From NCBI RefSeq assembly GCF_016903815.1, contig NZ_CP069973.1: a stretch of 64,000 bases of DNA, one strand, 5' to 3'. Positions within the stretch are counted from its first letter, which is position 1. The number at the start of each line of letters is the position of its first letter. This stretch comes from Escherichia coli (GTDB lineage: Bacteria; Pseudomonadota; Gammaproteobacteria; Enterobacterales; Enterobacteriaceae). A program made the translations under genes and the position numbers. Below are positions 59,385-64,000 of this stretch, one piece after another. Under the pieces are notes generated by a model, which did no database searches, was not told the DNA's origin, and was given only the letters and a program-made list of their open reading frames with translations.

Positions 59385-59635
59385 CCCGTAATCTCTGGCG
59401 CGTTGCCGATGCGCCGCACATTGTTCCGGCTGACTCCGTTGAGCGCCAGACGGTACAACGGTTGATTAACGCTTGTCCGGCTGGTCTTTTTTCGCTCACA
59501 CCGGAAGGTGACTTACGCGTTGATTATCGCGGCTGCCTGGAGTGTGGCACCTGCCGTTTGCTGTGCGACGAATCAACACTACAACAGTGGCGCTATCCGC
59601 CTTCCGGATTCGGCATCACCTACCGCTTTGGATAA
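59375..59635 (+). CDS. ygcO: FixX-like ferredoxin
   Basis: 86 aa from MSVARNLWRV; CLECGTCRLLC. Confidence 0.8.
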   Translation: MSVARNLWRVADAPHIVPADSVERQTVQRLINACPAGLFSLTPEGDLRVDYRGCLECGTCRLLCDESTLQQWRYPPSGFGITYRFG

Positions 59636-59651
59636 ATAATAAGGATAATTT

Positions 59652-60227
59652 ATGCCCCTCTTACACCTGCTCCGCCAGAATCCGGTGATTGCTGCCGTTA
59701 AAGATAATGCCAGCCTGCAACTGGCAATCGATTCTGAATGCCAGTTTATTTCAGTGTTGTACGGCAATATCTGCACCATCAGTAATATCGTTAAAAAGAT
59801 TAAAAACGCCGGAAAATATGCCTTTATTCATGTTGATTTGCTGGAAGGCGCATCGAACAAAGAAGTGGTGATTCAGTTTCTGAAACTGGTGACCGAGGCG
59901 GACGGCATTATCAGCACGAAAGCATCGATGCTGAAAGCGGCAAGAGCGGAAGGTTTTTTCTGTATTCATCGCCTGTTTATTGTTGATTCGATTTCGTTTC
60001 ACAACATTGATAAGCAAGTTGCGCAATCGAATCCGGATTGTATTGAGATCCTGCCAGGCTGTATGCCTAAAGTGCTGGGCTGGGTGACGGAGAAAATCCG
60101 CCAACCGCTGATTGCCGGCGGGCTGGTGTGCGATGAAGAAGATGCGCGTAATGCGATTAACGCGGGTGTTGTGGCGCTTTCCACCACGAATACCGGGGTC
60201 TGGACGTTAGCGAAAAAATTGCTTTGA
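59652..60227 (+). CDS. ygcP: GlpP-like glycerol-3-phosphate responsive antiterminator family protein
   Basis: 191-aa ORF. Confidence 0.8.
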   Translation: MPLLHLLRQNPVIAAVKDNASLQLAIDSECQFISVLYGNICTISNIVKKIKNAGKYAFIHVDLLEGASNKEVVIQFLKLVTEADGIISTKASMLKAARAEGFFCIHRLFIVDSISFHNIDKQVAQSNPDCIEILPGCMPKVLGWVTEKIRQPLIAGGLVCDEEDARNAINAGVVALSTTNTGVWTLAKKLL

Positions 60228-60361
60228 CGGGATACTCGTAACGAGTTGAATTTGTGTGATTTGTAGGCTGCACGCCACATCCGACATTCAGCGCCTGATG
60301 CGACGCTTGATGAACTGCACCCCAAATGTTGGACATAATCTGACATCTGAAGGTGCAGTTT

Positions 60362-60883
60362 ATGAAACATTCATTTGAAGTAAAACTTGCCGCTGTAAAT
60401 CATTACCTGGCTGGTCATGCAGGCATCATTTCTACGGCAAAACTCTTTCAACTTTCTCACACCAGCCTCTCACACTGGATTAATCTTTTTCTTCTTCACG
60501 GTCCTCGGGCACTGGATTGCAGACACAAGCGTAGCTATTCTCCTGAAGATAAACTTTGCGTGGTTCTTTATGCTCTCGGGCATTCTGAGTCTCTACCCCG
60601 GGTAGCTGCCCGGTTTAACATTCCCAGCCACAACACGGTTAAAAACTGGATAAAAGGCTACCGCAAATCTGGTAATGAGGCCTTTATCAGGCGCAGGAAG
60701 GAGAAAAGCATGACCCGTTCTGATGATACCCATGAAAACGAGGCAAACATGACGCCGGAAGAGATGAAGAATGAGCTACGTTATCTTCGCGCAGAAAATG
60801 CATATCTGAAAGCCATGCAGGAGCATCTCCTGGAAAAAAAGCGCCAGGAGCTGGAGAAAAAACGAAAGTCATCCGGAGCCTGA
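60362..60883 (+). CDS. insJ: IS150 OrfA (InsJ-like) HTH protein
   Basis: 173 aa from MKHSFEVKLAAVNHY; C-terminal leucine-zipper region; ends just after slippery site. Confidence 0.85.
   Translation: MKHSFEVKLAAVNHYLAGHAGIISTAKLFQLSHTSLSHWINLFLLHGPRALDCRHKRSYSPEDKLCVVLYALGHSESLPRVAARFNIPSHNTVKNWIKGYRKSGNEAFIRRRKEKSMTRSDDTHENEANMTPEEMKNELRYLRAENAYLKAMQEHLLEKKRQELEKKRKSSGA
60835..60841 (+). other. Programmed -1 ribosomal frameshift heptamer A-AAA-AAG linking orfA to orfB
   Basis: A AAA AAG in orfA frame at 60835..60841; orfB frame open from here to 61710. Confidence 0.7.
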
Positions 60884-60987
60884 GGTGCGGACACTGCCAG
60901 TCTGACCTGTTAAAGGCTGCAGGGCTGGCCAGAAGCACGCTGTACTACCAGCTGTCACTGCAGAAGGCTAAGGACAAGTATGCTGAT

Positions 60988-61745
<758 letters not shown>

Positions 61746-61809
61746 ACGCGTCTTATCAGGCTTACAAGTCCCCAGCCCGAAACCGTAGGCAGGATCATCC
61801 GGCTGCACG

Positions 61810-62670
61810 TTATTGGCATTCTGCGTGAATGTTTGTCACCAGTGCCTCCAGCACCACTTTCCAGTCATCAACCACGCCAACATCTGCCTGTGAAAATACC
61901 GCTGCGCTGGCGTCATGATTAATCGCCACCACAAACTTGCTATTGCGTACGCCCGCCATTAACGCTGCTGCGCCGGAAGCGCCAACAACAATACACACCT
62001 CAGGTGCCAGCAGATGTCCAGAAATACCAATCACTTTTTCGGCATCAACGCCACCGTTCATCACTCGTGCCCGACTGTAGCCCACTTCGGCTCCCAGCTT
62101 TTCTGCCAGCATAGCGATTTCCTGGTTATCTGCCTCTCCGCCCTGCCCCACCACCAGCACCCGTCTGGCCTCAGCTAATGGGTCGCGGGTAACATTTTTC
62201 AGGTTTTCTATGCTAACCAGCCAGTCGGGAAGCGCACCTGGGACAATGTTCAGTTGCTGCATACCAGAGGGCAACGTGGCGTTTTTATCTGCTCCCGCCT
62301 GACGTGCCAGCGAAAGGCATAGCGGGCGTTTTTCTGTTTGCAGCGTCGCCGTTAGCGCATTTCCCCAGTGGGATTTGCGCACGCTTACGGTTGGAATATC
62401 TAACGAAGTCACCTGGCAGATGCTTGCACCATGTAAACGCCAGGCCAGCCGGGTCGACAGTTCATCGCCAAACGTTCCCGGCGGAAAGAGAACAACGTCC
62501 GCTGGCGTTCGCTGCCACTGTTCCACCAGCGCATCCAGCACCTGTTCCGCCACAGCGGGCTGAGGTTCAATCTTCCAGTGCGCCAGGGTACAACCGCTGA
62601 AATCCTGCGCCGCCTGCCAGCTCGCTGTTGCGGCATTCTCCTGATTTATTGTCACAATTGCGATATTCAT
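61810..62670 (-). CDS. ygcQ: Electron transfer flavoprotein alpha-subunit-like (FixB-like)
   Basis: About 286 aa from MNIAIV; start overlaps ygcR stop (ATGA). Confidence 0.8.
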   Translation of the reverse strand: MNIAIVTINQENAATASWQAAQDFSGCTLAHWKIEPQPAVAEQVLDALVEQWQRTPADVVLFPPGTFGDELSTRLAWRLHGASICQVTSLDIPTVSVRKSHWGNALTATLQTEKRPLCLSLARQAGADKNATLPSGMQQLNIVPGALPDWLVSIENLKNVTRDPLAEARRVLVVGQGGEADNQEIAMLAEKLGAEVGYSRARVMNGGVDAEKVIGISGHLLAPEVCIVVGASGAAALMAGVRNSKFVVAINHDASAAVFSQADVGVVDDWKVVLEALVTNIHAECQ

Positions 62671-63446
62671 GGCTGCATCCTTTGGCGTAAATAGTCCTGC
62701 CATAGCTTTTGCGCTTTTTCTGCTACCGTTTGCCCATCAATCAGCGTCGCTCCGCGTTGTTGCTCTGCTCTTGCCAGTTGCAGACACTGCATCGCTGGCG
62801 ATTCGGCAGCAACAGTTTTACGGATAATTGCTGCTTTCCCCACCGCCATTCGCTGACGCATTCCCGGTACTGGCAAGGCCACTTCACCGCACTGACGCAC
62901 GGCAATCACCGCAGGCAAGCGAACCCGGCAACAGCGCAGCCCGTTTTCAGTACGCTGTTCAAGGGTGATAAACGGCGCGTCGAGAGTAAAACGCTCCACC
63001 TGGGTGAAGCAGGGCCAGCCCAGCATTTCCGCCAGCAAAAATGGCGTTTGCCCATTCTGCCCTTCGCTGCTTTGGCAGCCAGTAATTATCAGCTCCAGCG
63101 GATTCTGGTACTGCCATTCGGCAATATGGCGAGCGACAAATTCCGGCGCAAAGCGCAGATCTGCCGCCGTCTCCAGCAATACAGCTTCCTCAAACCCAAG
63201 AGCCATAAGATAGCGCAGCCAGTGCAACGCCCGTTCATCCCCCATGCTCAACGCGGTTAAAGACATCGACGTACCGTTTTTTCTCTGCGCCAACAGCAGC
63301 GCGGCGGCAGCCTGTTCATCAGCACCGAGCAAACTTCGCAGAAGCGAAACATCCGGTCCGCTATTACCCTGAGCCGCCGCCTGCCACTCTTTTTCCGCCA
63401 GCATTCCGGCATCCGGTTCGGCTTTAAACGCTAACAGAATGTTCAT
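62667..63446 (-). CDS. ygcR: Electron transfer flavoprotein beta-subunit-like (FixA-like)
   Basis: About 259 aa from MNILLAFK; GGAGGTG RBS. Confidence 0.8.
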   Translation of the reverse strand: MNILLAFKAEPDAGMLAEKEWQAAAQGNSGPDVSLLRSLLGADEQAAAALLLAQRKNGTSMSLTALSMGDERALHWLRYLMALGFEEAVLLETAADLRFAPEFVARHIAEWQYQNPLELIITGCQSSEGQNGQTPFLLAEMLGWPCFTQVERFTLDAPFITLEQRTENGLRCCRVRLPAVIAVRQCGEVALPVPGMRQRMAVGKAAIIRKTVAAESPAMQCLQLARAEQQRGATLIDGQTVAEKAQKLWQDYLRQRMQP

Positions 63447-64000
63447 TCGCACCTCCAACATTTCCCGCCGCCACCAGCGGGAGTGCTTTGGTTTCTGGTG
63501 CCCATAGCCAGGTCACGACAAAACCAACCAACAACACTGCCGCCAGGAGCAATAAGGTGACTTGCATTCCCCACTGCGCCAGCACCCACGGCAGCAGGCC
63601 AGTACTTACCGCCGCGCCCAACCGACTCATGGCGGTGGCAAAACCGACGCCCAGCGAGCGAATGTCAGTAGGAAAACTTTCCGCAGGCAAAATGCCCACC
63701 AGATTACTGACTGCCGAAATGGTGGTGCTGAAGAGAACAAAAAGCAGCAGCGTTAATGAACTGCCGGAAGGCAAACAAGCCATCACTACCAGCGTTGCCG
63801 CCAGCAGCAAAAAACTTCCCAGCAAAAATTTGCGATGTGCCAGCAGGTGCGTCAGAACTAATCCCAGCAGCGCACCCACAATTAACAACGCATTAAGCAT
63901 CAGGCTAGCGGTCAACGCATCTTCCAGACCAATAGTCTGGGCGATAGTTGGCAGCCAGGTATAAATCACAAACCATGGGATTACGAGGCAGACAAAGAAG
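63424..64000 (-). CDS. ygcS: MFS transporter, 3' portion only (5' end beyond window)
   Basis: Hydrophobic multi-TM C-terminal region; ORF open to the window edge. Confidence 0.7.
   Translation of the reverse strand, partial: FFVCLVIPWFVIYTWLPTIAQTIGLEDALTASLMLNALLIVGALLGLVLTHLLAHRKFLLGSFLLLAATLVVMACLPSGSSLTLLLFVLFSTTISAVSNLVGILPAESFPTDIRSLGVGFATAMSRLGAAVSTGLLPWVLAQWGMQVTLLLLAAVLLVGFVVTWLWAPETKALPLVAAGNVGGANEHSVSV

Overview
This window reads as a contiguous Escherichia coli chromosomal segment syntenic with the K-12 ascG-to-ygcS region: asc operon, hyc/hyp/fhlA formate hydrogenlyase cluster, mutS, ygbI-N, rpoS-nlpD-pcm-surE-truD-ispFD-ftsB, cysCND, iap, a type I-E CRISPR-Cas locus, cysHIJ, queD and ygcNOPQRS. 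Gene calls rest on the supplied ORF translations compared with protein families recalled from memory; no database search was run. Start codons were trimmed where the ORF track over-extends. Several modules sit at junctions where K-12 has consecutive locus numbers (recalled from memory), so the strain is probably not K-12: a HigB/HigA-like toxin-antitoxin pair (ascB|hycI), a molbindin gene (fhlA|ygbA), a UbiX/UbiD-type decarboxylase operon with a MarR regulator (ygbN|rpoS), and an IS150-like element inserted in a REP palindrome (ygcP|ygcQ). The CRISPR-Cas locus is complete (cas3, cse1, cse2, cas7e, cas5e, cas6e, cas1, cas2) with 10 repeats and 9 spacers. A 50-aa Hok-family toxin ORF, too short for the ORF track, lies between cas3 and cysH. 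I do not see convincing evidence of a novel system: every defence or stress module here belongs to a described family, and the Hok ORF and the accessory junction inserts are the items most worth a second look.
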